Shown here piece after piece: positions 25,497 through 36,263 of a DNA stretch of 64,000 nt. The notes under the pieces are model-generated. The model was not told where the DNA came from and did no database searches. It was given only the letters and a program-made list of their open reading frames with translations. Each line of letters begins with the position of its first letter. The stretch's first letter is position 1. The position numbers and the translations under genes are program-made. Origin of the DNA: Ascoidea asiatica JCM 7603 (Eukaryota; Fungi; Ascomycota); assembly GCA_001600695.1 (NCBI GenBank), contig BCKQ01000001.1:590717-654716 (forward strand). Reading direction: 5' to 3'.

Positions 25497-25646
25497 ATTA
25501 TGTGATTTATTTTATAATCGAATAAATATTAATAAAAGATATCCTATACAATTTATAATAGGTTTCAAAGATATATGAATTAAGCTCAACTGAACAAAAA
25601 TCGAAGTTACTAAATTTATTTTTCTATATCAATTACTATATATTAA

Positions 25647-27353
25647 TTAATTAGCAATATTTAACAAAATACTTGCATTTCGCAAACCTAATTCTTCAAT
25701 AGTTTTCTCTAATGAACTAATTAAATTAATCACTAAACCCTTATCATTTTTATAGTTTAGTGTAAATAATTTACCATCTTTAACATCAGGAACTATAAAT
25801 TTTAAAATTTCAAAAATCTCTTGTATTGTTGAATCAAGATAAAATCTTCTAACAATTGGTCTACCTTTACCAGTTCTAATTTGAATTCTTGTAGTTGGTT
25901 TTGAATCAGAAGATTTTGGTTCGGGTATATCTTTTGGAAGTATACTTGCAAATATTTCATCTTCTGTTAAATCTTCATCTTCCGATGATAAAGATTCTGT
26001 ATCAGGTTTAGATTTACTATCATTGCTATTATTATTGGATTTAGAGTCATCTGAATTATCATCACTATCTGAATCAAGTGATATTGGATTAGCTATAGTT
26101 GAATGTGAATTATTAATTTTAGAGTCCGGTTTAAATTTTGAATCTAAAATTGGAGTAGAATTTGAAGCAATATTTGCAGCAAAATTTGGGGGAATATTTG
26201 AAGTCGAAGGTATCGGGTTTTTAGAACCTTTTTCTAAAGAATATCTTGATAAGAAATCAAAAACATCTTGAATCCAAGATTGAATATTTGGTACTTTACC
26301 ATCTTGGCCCCAGCTTTTATATCTTTCACCACTAAAAGGATCTAAAATAGCTAAATGAGGATAAATATCATTAAAATTATTGAAACTTATATAATCTGTA
26401 CCATTTGGATCACTTGCATTATAATTTAAGAATATAAAATTTTGTTTGATGATTTGTTTAACTTCATTATTTGAGAAAAAATCTCTATACATGCATAAAC
26501 ATTGAAATTCTTTTGAATCATGAATATTAATTAAAATCCATTTTTTTTGTGATCTTGCTTTTTGTTTTGCAAAATCTAAAGGTACATTTAAAATCAATTC
26601 CCATGGAGGACGAAATAACTTTGCTAATCTTTTTGCATGTTCATTTTCTGCTATTTGAGCTTGAGATAAATTTGAATTATTATTTGCAGCAGCTCTACTA
26701 GTAGTAGCTCTAGTAATGTTAGGATTATTATTAATTTCATCAATATTTCTGTTGATATTATTAAGAGTGATCATATTATTATTATTGTCATCCTCGTCAT
26801 CTTCATCGAATTCTGGATTATTGTCTTCGTCATCATAATCAGGATCAAGAATTTCATCGTCATCGTCATTATCATTATGATTGTTATTATTATGATTACC
26901 ATTATTCGAGAAAATATTATCAATTTCATCGAAATCTAAAGGAGTAGTTTGATTGAAAACATCTGGAATTCCAGATGGTCTTGGAATTTGAGCTCTATTA
27001 TTTAAGTTATTCAAATGATTGTTCATACGATCATTTAAACTTGAACTATTTGGAAAAAAACTAAAATTTGAAGGAGAATCAACTAAAACTTCAGTTCTTG
27101 ATTGAATAGGAGCTCTTGGTTCGTCCTCATTAGAAAATAAATCATTTTGTAAATTCCTTGCTACTTCTTCATCATTATTTGAAGCATTTAAACCAGAAGA
27201 AGAAGGACGATTACCAGTTAACGAACCTCCTGATTCAAAGAATAAAGAGACAGCATTTTCGATATTACTATCGGCTACTTGAAGAAACTGTTTTGCTACT
27301 TCTCTGTCTTCGGTTCCAGTAAAAGCCAAAAAGGTATCTATATGTTCATCCAT
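25647..27353 (-). CDS. UBX5: Cdc48 cofactor with UBA-like, UIM, UAS and UBX domains
   Basis: FLAFTG...AVSLFF, DEEVARNLQ, RLAKLFRPPW, KWILINI..EFQC, TRIQIRTGKG..VRRF. Confidence 0.9.
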   Translation of the reverse strand: MDEHIDTFLAFTGTEDREVAKQFLQVADSNIENAVSLFFESGGSLTGNRPSSSGLNASNNDEEVARNLQNDLFSNEDEPRAPIQSRTEVLVDSPSNFSFFPNSSSLNDRMNNHLNNLNNRAQIPRPSGIPDVFNQTTPLDFDEIDNIFSNNGNHNNNNHNDNDDDDEILDPDYDDEDNNPEFDEDDEDDNNNNMITLNNINRNIDEINNNPNITRATTSRAAANNNSNLSQAQIAENEHAKRLAKLFRPPWELILNVPLDFAKQKARSQKKWILINIHDSKEFQCLCMYRDFFSNNEVKQIIKQNFIFLNYNASDPNGTDYISFNNFNDIYPHLAILDPFSGERYKSWGQDGKVPNIQSWIQDVFDFLSRYSLEKGSKNPIPSTSNIPPNFAANIASNSTPILDSKFKPDSKINNSHSTIANPISLDSDSDDNSDDSKSNNNSNDSKSKPDTESLSSEDEDLTEDEIFASILPKDIPEPKSSDSKPTTRIQIRTGKGRPIVRRFYLDSTIQEIFEILKFIVPDVKDGKLFTLNYKNDKGLVINLISSLEKTIEELGLRNASILLNIAN

Positions 27354-27668
27354 TGAAAACTAAAATAAAAAGTATTTTGAAGATATTTTGTGAATATTGA
27401 TTAAGTAATGATCGGTCTTGAAAAGAACTACTAAAAGATGATTCAGGATGCCCAACAAGTAACAAAAAAAAATCGGATGATTAATAAAAAGAGCAGTATA
27501 TGAATAAAATGATTAATCAGAATTGCATATACATTTCATTGATTTCTTGTGATATTAATGAATTAAAATATAATAATAAAATAATAGTTATGGGTTTGCT
27601 ACTCTTTTGCTCAGTAACAAAAAGTCTAGTTTTGCCTCTACGATAATAGTTACCTTGAACTACAGCAC

Positions 27669-27770
27669 CACGGATATATTCACGGATATACACACCGAAA
27701 CATTTATGGATATTGCTCAGAAATATGAAACGAAGCAATGCACGGATCTGATTTCAAGCAACGGAAATAG
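27669..27770 (+). promoter_or_regulatory. Repeated CGG half-sites in the UBX5/permease divergent promoter
   Basis: CACGGATATA at 27669 and 27681, CACGGATC at 27741, AACGGAAATA at 27760. Confidence 0.5.
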
Positions 27771-28807
27771 ACCCCGTGATATGAAATATTTCAACTCTCA
27801 TTTTTCAAAATGCAATATCAGCCATTCACACGTGATATAACAAGTTCCTTATAATTGGTCTCGGAGTACAAATCTTCAATATGCAAGTCAGTGCATAGTC
27901 TGCATCTTGGAGATATCTGTAATTCTATTTCCGAAGTTTCAAAAAATTATATAAAATTAGCTGAAAGATAAAATAATCTTTTGATATTCTTTTTTTTATT
28001 TTCCCTTAAATTTCTAATCTTTGTTTAAAATCTTATTATTTCTTGTTCTAATTGCACTTATCTTTATTTCTTATTGTTGTAAGTGTATATCTGGTATCTA
28101 ACTACTTCTTTAATAATCACGCATTTTGCCTTAGGGTCTATTTTTCAACTGCTCTCATTTGAGTAATTTTCATATCTAATCAGCTAAATAAATTTCAGCT
28201 CCAATTACCATATTTATCAAATTCATAAATAACATCATTAGATAAAGACGTTTAGTATCCCCATAACCTTATTCATATTTCTTACTTAATATATCCAAAA
28301 ACTGTACACTCTTTACTGCGCTATGTAACTAATTTGTTATTTTCTAATCTCCGAAACTTACTGATAACAAAATAATGCTTGAAGTTTTATCTCAATATCA
28401 AAAAAAAACTTAGTTTCATTAAAAGCTTTTTAAATTTGATTTAAGCTTTAGTAAATTTACATTACAATTCAAAAACTTATCAATTTTTCCTTATTTCCTT
28501 TTCTTATTGAATATTCAGTTTCAACCTCAGCTATTAATATCCTAATCTGAATTTTTTGAAAGAACCTAAATAATACTTTAAGAGGTATTCTTTTGTGTCG
28601 CCATGCTGATCTGAACTCATTATTTTTTTTGTTATTTTTTATTCTTTGGTATTCAATACCCATCCAGGATACTTTTAAAACAGGGTATATATAATATGTT
28701 TCAAATGCTGTTTTTTTTTTGATTTTATTTTCCAAAATGGAAAAATTCAATCAAAATTCAAAAGAAAACTAATAATAATTCTTTGAAAATACAAGAATAA
28801 AGAAATC

Positions 28808-30367
28808 ATGGATGCTGAAAAAACCAATCAAAATGATGAAACCTCAAGTGTCACTTCTGATACTAAAAAAAATGGAAAGATTATAGAGACTGTAATTTCT
28901 CCATCTGGTGAAGAAATTGTACTAGACGATCCTGATATTGCAATGGATTTTATCAAAAATAAACCAAGATTAGTTATTGACCAAAAAATGAATGATATGG
29001 TATTAAGAAAAACAGATTTTTATCTTATGCCTTTATGTTGTTTTTTATATTCTGTTCAATTTATGGATAAAGTTACAAATTCTTATGCTTCAATTATGGG
29101 TTTGAAAACAGATTTGAATATGACTGGTGATAAATATACTTGGGTTGGTTCTGCTTTTTATTTAGGTTATTTATTTTTTGAATTACCTGCAAGTAGATTA
29201 TTACAAAAGTTTCCCTTAGCTAAATGTACTTCAATTTTTATTATTATTTGGGGTGCTATTTTATGTCTTCATGCAACTCCAAATTATGCTGGTTTTATTT
29301 TTTTAAGAACATTTTTGGGTATGATGGAAAGTGCAATAACTCCTGCAATGGTTTTAATCACTTCTCAATGGTATAAACAGGAAGAACAATTTATTAGAAC
29401 TTCAATTTGGTTTTGTTTTAATGGTTGGGGTACAATTATGGGCTCTTCAATTGCTTATGGTTTAGCTACTCATAATTATTCCGGAATTGAATCTTGGAAA
29501 ATTTTATTTATTATAACTGGTTTAATGACTATTTTAGTAGGTATCATATTTGGTATTCATATTCCAAATTCTCCTGCAGAAGCTTGGTTTTTAAATGAAA
29601 ATGAAAAACAAATAGTAATTGAAAGAATTAGAACAAATAATCAAGGATTTGGTAATAAACATTTTAAATTAAATCAACTTAAAGAAGCTTTATTAGATCA
29701 TAGAACTTGGATTTTTTTTGTAATTGCCATTGCAACTGATATTCCAAATGGTGGATTAACTAATTTTGGTTCAATTTTATTATCAGAAGATTTCGGTTAT
29801 GATAAATTAGAAGCTTTATTGATGGGTATGCCAGCTGGTGCTGTTGAAATCGTTGGATGTTGGGGTATGGGTTATGCAAATAAATGGATAAAACATAGAT
29901 TATCAATTGCAACTTTTTCAGCTGTACTAGCTGTAGTTGCTAGTTGTATGTTAGCATTTGCAGATAATTCCAAAAATACAAGATTAGCTGGTTATTATTT
30001 AACATTCTTAGCACCAACTTGTATGATATGTTGTTTGAGTTGTTTTAGTTCTAATTGTGCTGGTCATACTAAAAAAATTGTTGTCAATGCAATTTATTTA
30101 ATTGGTTATTGTGTAGGTAATATTGTTGGTCCACAAACATTTAGAAGCAATGAATCTCCTCATTATACTTCTGCAAAAGTTGCAATAGTTGTTTGTTATG
30201 CTGTTGCTTTAGCAGCAATTGTTGCTCTATATTTCTCTTATTGGATTGATAACAAAAGAAGAGATAAGAGAGATGAAGAGATGTTACCTAATGAAAAGCA
30301 CATTGATAATCAGGAATTTGCCGACTTAACTGATATGCAAAATCCAAGGTTTAGATACGCCTTATGA
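28808..30367 (+). CDS. DAL5: MFS anion:cation symporter, allantoate/ureidosuccinate permease (Dal5) family
   Basis: LYSVQFMDK, IMGLKTDL..TGDKYTWVGSAFYLGYL, IRTNNQGFGNKHFK, AGHTKK, VGPQTF, FADLTD.QNPRFRY; exact substrate and orthology within the family uncertain. Confidence 0.8.
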   Translation: MDAEKTNQNDETSSVTSDTKKNGKIIETVISPSGEEIVLDDPDIAMDFIKNKPRLVIDQKMNDMVLRKTDFYLMPLCCFLYSVQFMDKVTNSYASIMGLKTDLNMTGDKYTWVGSAFYLGYLFFELPASRLLQKFPLAKCTSIFIIIWGAILCLHATPNYAGFIFLRTFLGMMESAITPAMVLITSQWYKQEEQFIRTSIWFCFNGWGTIMGSSIAYGLATHNYSGIESWKILFIITGLMTILVGIIFGIHIPNSPAEAWFLNENEKQIVIERIRTNNQGFGNKHFKLNQLKEALLDHRTWIFFVIAIATDIPNGGLTNFGSILLSEDFGYDKLEALLMGMPAGAVEIVGCWGMGYANKWIKHRLSIATFSAVLAVVASCMLAFADNSKNTRLAGYYLTFLAPTCMICCLSCFSSNCAGHTKKIVVNAIYLIGYCVGNIVGPQTFRSNESPHYTSAKVAIVVCYAVALAAIVALYFSYWIDNKRRDKRDEEMLPNEKHIDNQEFADLTDMQNPRFRYAL

Positions 30368-31137
30368 ATATTCTCTTACACAGTTAACACACTTTTTTTC
30401 TATTAATTTTTTACTTTTCTTTACAATCTATTTCCTAAATGTTTTTTTTTTTTTAATAAAAGAATTTGTTACTTTTAAATTATTTTCGACTTACAATAGC
30501 AATTAACTAATAGTTTTATTAAAAACGTCAAAAGAAATGAAAAATCTTTCAAATCATTCAATGTGTTCCACCAAGCTTTAGTTTGGGAGAATTGAAATTT
30601 CACAAAAAAACAGAGGCGTAACAGTTTAATATCATATGATATTGATATAGAATTGTGTAATTGCAATATTGGATTAGAGCACAATTTTGTAAGAAATTGT
30701 GTGGTGCACTTTTCATGGTTTAGAATAGAATAAATTTGAAAAGAGTTTTTTTTCATTCAATTAGACTTTCGGAGAAAATCGCCTAAAAAGGTCCAAACAT
30801 TATTAGATAATTTAGTATAAAAATGTTTTTCTTTTTTTGAAAATTGCAAAAAAAGGTTCAGTTGTAGAAAGTACAAATAGGTTTGATCCGAAGTATTCTG
30901 AGTGACAAAACAAAGATTTTTAGTCTCGAGATTTTCATTCGCCGAAATTCAAATTTAGATTTCCGCTTAAATTTATAAAATAGTTTAAGTAAAATTAGTT
31001 CCCTTCAAAGAAGTAATTTGTGGAAAAAAATAAAAAGAAAAAAATCTATATATATTAGTAAGGCATTGATTTTTCTAATTAATAAAATAATATACAGAGT
31101 TTAAAGTTCAAGTTCAAAAACAGAAAAATGATTGGAT

Positions 31138-34100
31138 TTACAGTTTTTCATCTTCAAGACCAGTTGTTGTTTCAAAAAGTTCAAGATGTTTAAACTTTTT
31201 AGTAACATCTCTTTTATAAGCTTCAGGGCTTCGATCCATCAATTCAGCAATTTCTTCTTCACTTAACACATTGTCATCAAAATCTTCAGATCCACCAAAC
31301 TGATTTCCAACAACTAAAGCTTTCAAATCCTTTATAATATTGGAATTTACATTAGCTGCTTTTTCACTAGAATTTGCCAATTTTTTTAAACTTTCAAATT
31401 TACCCATTTGAATAACTAATTTTTCTAATTTTCTTTTAGAATCAGCTCTGATTAACAATATTTGTTCGATTGTTTTGATTGTAGCAAACCTATAAATAAC
31501 AACAGGCTTGGTTTGACCAATTCTATGAACTCTATCCATTGCTTGCAAATCAACTTGTGGATTCCAATCACTATCAAATAATATAACAGTATCTGCTGCA
31601 GTTAAATTAATTCCTAGTCCACCAGCTCTTGTACTCAATAAAAATATATTATAATCACTATTTATATTCCCAAAATCATTTATCTGATCTTGTCTATCAA
31701 CCTGTTTTGTGTTTCCATCAATTCTACAACTTTTATATTCTTGTATATCACACCAATCTTGAATCAAATCCAACATTTTGGTAAATTGAGAGAAAATCAA
31801 AACTTTATGTTTTTCTTTAAGTAATCTTGGAACCAATTGGTTTAACATTTGCATTTTGCCTGATCTACTTATTAGTCTATCATCTATTAATCGATCATCT
31901 TCCCAAGGAAAATAAAATAGAAAAGGAGAACCGCAAACCAATCTCAATTGCATCATCAAATTGTTTAATTTCTTAGCTCTCACTTCCTGACTAGTTTGAT
32001 TCCATATCTCATCCATTGAAAGTATTTTTTCTTGGACGATTTCTTCATCTATACTTTCAACTTTCTCAATTTCAGAATCAGAAATTGTATGATCCTCAAT
32101 CTCTTCATCATCAGAAACTTCTACCGTCTCTATATTTTTTTTGTTGCTACCTTTTTTGAAAATTTTACTCAATGCCAAACTTTTTTTTACTTCGGAATCA
32201 GAAGTAATGCCATTATCACCAGTGCTTTTTTCAGATTTAATGTCCTCTTCCGTATCTTCAGGATCGTCTAAAAGCTCACAGAATTCAACTGCTTTACCAT
32301 TAACTTCAAGCTGGCTGATATTGAAGCCATCAATATCTTCAGTTTTTGCCTTTCGTTGAGAAGTATTATGTTCTGTTACAATTTTATTCGACAATTTATT
32401 TTCTTTATCATTGCCTGAATCAACTTTCTTCTTCACCATGCTATCTTCTTCAATCACTTCAGGAATCTCGACGACAGGAACATGAAGTTTGTTTTTTTGA
32501 AGTTTGAAAACTTCTTGAATAGAGAATTTATTTTCCACCTTAGAAGACTCAGCTATTCTTTTCTTGTCTTCTTCTTCTTTTAACCACTTATTATATTCCA
32601 TAAGATCATTTTGATATTTTTTCTCTAAGTAATCTTTGTATACATTACTTGATTTTAAATAAACAAATAATCTTTGAATATTCTCATATAGTAATCCACG
32701 ATCATCCGGCTTAATATTATTCATTGTGTTAAACTTATCAATCAATGTATTTAAATTATTTATTAATAATTGATAAGTTTGCATACTTATTTGAAATGTG
32801 CTAGAAACGACTATAGGTCTTAATGGTATAGCTCTAATTTCCCTTGGTTTTATTGGGGCAAATACTTCAATATACACATCCAACAGACCAGGCATTAATC
32901 TTTTTTCCTTTAACAACTGTATTTCTTCTGCTGTTTTACCGACAAATTCTTTGATACCGGAATCAGTGCAATAATTCTCATTAGGAATTCCATTAGGTTG
33001 ACCATTTACTTTATTTTCATATTTTTCTTTGCTTTCAACATTTTCTTGGCTATTTAAAATTCCCAAAATTTGCGTTTTTTTTGGGTTCTTTTCTTGGACA
33101 TCCTCAATCATCAAATCATCAAGTAAATCATCAAAAGGATTGACTTTGTTTGACTTATTAATACTTTCAATGACTGTTTTACTCAACCCTTCTTTTTGAA
33201 GTTGAACTAATCCTTGAAATTTTTTTTTTTGTTGATTAGATAATTTGCTAGACTCTTGAATAGTTTCTAAAGAAAATTTCTTTAGGTAGTCTTTAGGACC
33301 AGTAGTATTATCTTCAGGTGTTGAAAAACTGTCAGAGCTTTCTCCTTCAGTTCGGTCCGAATATGCATCTTCACTTTCAGAATCAGGATATTCAAAATTG
33401 GATTCTTTGTAGTCAATTCTCATTTCTTCTTTCTCGTATCTTAGTCTACGTTTTCGCGGAGATTTTTTATGAGTCCCATTTAAAAAGTATTTCGACTTTA
33501 CTGACTTGCCTTCATCGTCTGATATAGCGGTAAACCCTTGATCATCACTCCAATCAGAAGGTTTGATTGTCAATTTATCATCAATAAACTTATCAACATT
33601 TTCCTTCGTATAATTTTCTTTAGCACCCCAGTAGTTATTACAGTCAAAATAATCAATGAAAGATGATCTTAGTAAAAAATTCTTTAAATTTTTATTCAAT
33701 ACAGCATGATATAAATCCCATTGAGAAGAAGAAAGTGATGAATAAACAATATATTCTCTTTTTGGAGGCAAATGTTTGGTTACAGTTTTTTTTAAACGTC
33801 TTAATAAAAAAGGTTTTAAAATAGCATGCAAATTTGTAATTAAACCTTTCTGAATTTCTGCATTAATCATTTCAGAATTTTCATCTTTTGAAGAATTATC
33901 AAAACTTGAAAAATCAAACCATTGTTGAAATAATTCTAAATCATGAAAAATGTGAGGTAATATAAAATTTAATAAGGACCATAATTCATTTAAATTATTT
34001 TGCAAAGGAGTACCAGTTAATAATAATCTATTTTCAGTTTTTAATTTTTTTAATTCAGTTATTAATTTACAATTGGCATTTTTTAATCGATGACCTTCGT

Positions 34101-35646
34101 CAACAACTAAATATTTCCATTTCATTTTATTGAGAAAAGCTTTATCGTTAATTATGGTTTCATAACTTGTTAAGAGAACTGAAATTTTACGACTTTTTAA
34201 TAAATGAAATTTTTTTTTTCTGAGAATTACTCTTTCTTCTTTTGTTCCAAGATATTTCAAAATTGGTATATCAGGTGTAAATCTTTGAAATTCATTTGCC
34301 CAATTTCCTACTGTAGATAATGGCCCAACAACTAAAAATGGACCTTTATTACCATCTTCATAAAGATAAGCTAGTAAAGAAATAGTTTGAATTGTTTTAC
34401 CAAGACCCATCTCATCAGCTAATATACCATTTAAACCTTGTTGATATAAAGCTATTAACCATGCCATACCATCAATTTGATAATCTCTTAAAGTTGCACC
34501 ACTTAATATTTTGGGTTGTTCAGTTATTCTATTAACTTTAACTTCAAGTGCTCTAGCTTTTTTTGGTGCAACATCTTTTTTTTCTTCCTTTTCCTCTTTT
34601 TCTTTTTTCTCAGTCATTAATGTTAATAAATCTTTTTTCTTTTGAACAGTTTTTCTAGGTCTTAATCTAGAAGATCTAGAGATGGATGCAGAATTGACAG
34701 GAATATCATCATCATCTGATTCAATCAATGTAAATTCTTCCGAATCGAAATCCTCTTGCATTTTAGTTTTTTTGGAATCTTTATTTATATCAGTACTTTC
34801 ATCTTTAGGTTCTTCTTTACCATTTTCCTTGACTTTATCCTCGTTAACTTCATCATCTAAATCTTTAGGTTGATTTACAGCTTGTTCAGTAGCCTGTTCA
34901 AGTAAAGAAGAAGAAATACTTTCTACATATTCTTTTGATAAAGCAATTAATCTTTGAACTCTTTCCAATTTTTGTTGATCAGTCAATTCATTGAATTTTT
35001 CTTGTTCTTCAGTTACAACATCATCTCCTAGTAATCTATTTACTCTAGAATCTTCTTCATTATCAGAATTGTCATCGTCTTCACTGTCAGTATCATCTTG
35101 TTGATTTTTTTTACCTTTTTTACCTTTCTTATTTTTTGCAGATTTCTTTCTATTATTTCTTTTACCTTTTGTTAGTTTTTGCTTTTTAACATTCCTTCTA
35201 CTGTTAGATTTAGAAACTTTTCGTTTCCGTTTTGAATTTCCTAAATCTAAATCTGAATCTGAATCTGAATCTGAATCTGAATCTGAATCTGAGTCCGACT
35301 CTGAGTCTGAATTGGAATCAGAATCTGATGAGTTTTCATTATCTGAAATATGAAAATCTGCACTTCGACCATCATCTGATTCCTCAGCAGATTGTTGCTC
35401 TTCGGAACTACTAGATTCATATAAACCAGGAGGAACAGTTGAATCGTTATAATCAACTTTTTTTTGTCTTGATCTTAAAGTCCTTCTCGAATCATCTTTT
35501 TCATCTTCTGATTCTGAATTATCAGAAATCTCGTTAGTTAAATCTATAGTTGGAATAAGTTCAGATGAATCGTGTTGTAGCTGAATAGATTTTCCTCTCA
35601 GAGAAGAAGATCTTACACTTCTTAATGTTCTTGTTCTAGCTGTCAT
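31138..35646 (-). CDS. IRC5: Snf2-family LSH/HELLS-type chromatin remodeller with a large internal insertion
   Basis: GILADEMGLGKT, VDEGHRLKN, LLTGTPLQNNL, FLLSTRAGGLGINL, QAMDRVHRIGQ; divergent from RSC8 as in S. cerevisiae; first ATG at 35646. Confidence 0.92.
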   Translation of the reverse strand: MTARTRTLRSVRSSSLRGKSIQLQHDSSELIPTIDLTNEISDNSESEDEKDDSRRTLRSRQKKVDYNDSTVPPGLYESSSSEEQQSAEESDDGRSADFHISDNENSSDSDSNSDSESDSDSDSDSDSDSDSDLDLGNSKRKRKVSKSNSRRNVKKQKLTKGKRNNRKKSAKNKKGKKGKKNQQDDTDSEDDDNSDNEEDSRVNRLLGDDVVTEEQEKFNELTDQQKLERVQRLIALSKEYVESISSSLLEQATEQAVNQPKDLDDEVNEDKVKENGKEEPKDESTDINKDSKKTKMQEDFDSEEFTLIESDDDDIPVNSASISRSSRLRPRKTVQKKKDLLTLMTEKKEKEEKEEKKDVAPKKARALEVKVNRITEQPKILSGATLRDYQIDGMAWLIALYQQGLNGILADEMGLGKTIQTISLLAYLYEDGNKGPFLVVGPLSTVGNWANEFQRFTPDIPILKYLGTKEERVILRKKKFHLLKSRKISVLLTSYETIINDKAFLNKMKWKYLVVDEGHRLKNANCKLITELKKLKTENRLLLTGTPLQNNLNELWSLLNFILPHIFHDLELFQQWFDFSSFDNSSKDENSEMINAEIQKGLITNLHAILKPFLLRRLKKTVTKHLPPKREYIVYSSLSSSQWDLYHAVLNKNLKNFLLRSSFIDYFDCNNYWGAKENYTKENVDKFIDDKLTIKPSDWSDDQGFTAISDDEGKSVKSKYFLNGTHKKSPRKRRLRYEKEEMRIDYKESNFEYPDSESEDAYSDRTEGESSDSFSTPEDNTTGPKDYLKKFSLETIQESSKLSNQQKKKFQGLVQLQKEGLSKTVIESINKSNKVNPFDDLLDDLMIEDVQEKNPKKTQILGILNSQENVESKEKYENKVNGQPNGIPNENYCTDSGIKEFVGKTAEEIQLLKEKRLMPGLLDVYIEVFAPIKPREIRAIPLRPIVVSSTFQISMQTYQLLINNLNTLIDKFNTMNNIKPDDRGLLYENIQRLFVYLKSSNVYKDYLEKKYQNDLMEYNKWLKEEEDKKRIAESSKVENKFSIQEVFKLQKNKLHVPVVEIPEVIEEDSMVKKKVDSGNDKENKLSNKIVTEHNTSQRKAKTEDIDGFNISQLEVNGKAVEFCELLDDPEDTEEDIKSEKSTGDNGITSDSEVKKSLALSKIFKKGSNKKNIETVEVSDDEEIEDHTISDSEIEKVESIDEEIVQEKILSMDEIWNQTSQEVRAKKLNNLMMQLRLVCGSPFLFYFPWEDDRLIDDRLISRSGKMQMLNQLVPRLLKEKHKVLIFSQFTKMLDLIQDWCDIQEYKSCRIDGNTKQVDRQDQINDFGNINSDYNIFLLSTRAGGLGINLTAADTVILFDSDWNPQVDLQAMDRVHRIGQTKPVVIYRFATIKTIEQILLIRADSKRKLEKLVIQMGKFESLKKLANSSEKAANVNSNIIKDLKALVVGNQFGGSEDFDDNVLSEEEIAELMDRSPEAYKRDVTKKFKHLELFETTTGLEDEKL

Positions 35647-36016
35647 TTGAGTACATATTCTTGACAAACTTGCTAAATTTGAATGAAAAAAAAAAAAAAT
35701 AAAAAAGAAAGAGAAACTTTTAAATTATTGGTAAATATATTTTTCAATAATTTACTAAATACTATGATATACTCAAATATATATTTTTCAAAAGTAAAAA
35801 AGAAAAGTTAATATTTTCTGGTTTTCCAATCTATTACAAGTAATCTAACCACACAAGTCATCTCTATGTTCCATTTTCTTTAGATATATTTCGGGTTGTA
35901 TTACGATCAATCCAACAAGTAACAATAACCTAAAGTGAAATTTACCATTTACTACAAGGATGAAAATGGAATTAGTGACATAACAAACAAAAACAAAACG
36001 AGAAAAAAAAGTAAAA

Positions 36017-36047
36017 ACGCGAATAGAATTCACGCGTCTGTCACGTG
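36017..36047. promoter_or_regulatory. MCB-type sites plus Cbf1-type E-box in the IRC5-RSC8 divergent promoter
   Basis: ACGCGAA 36017, ACGCGT 36032, GTCACGTG 36040. Confidence 0.6.
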
Positions 36048-36263
36048 GACACGGTCATATGACTAGTTTTGGTTTTTGTTGTTTTTTTTTGGGTTCGTTT
36101 CAATTATTGTAAACTATGGTAAAGTATGTGAGGTTTAAAATATCAATAGAAGTTCTGCTAATTAGTGTGTTTTGGTTTCGTGGTTTAATAAGAAATAAAG
36201 TGGAAAACTGTAACAAGAAAAATAAAGAAGAAGACGTCTTTTATTTTTCAATTTAGCTGAGCA

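Noticed and set aside
32000-33650. Intein in IRC5
   Set aside because: No His-Asn/Cys-Ser-Thr splice junction or LAGLIDADG motif seen; insert is largely low-complexity
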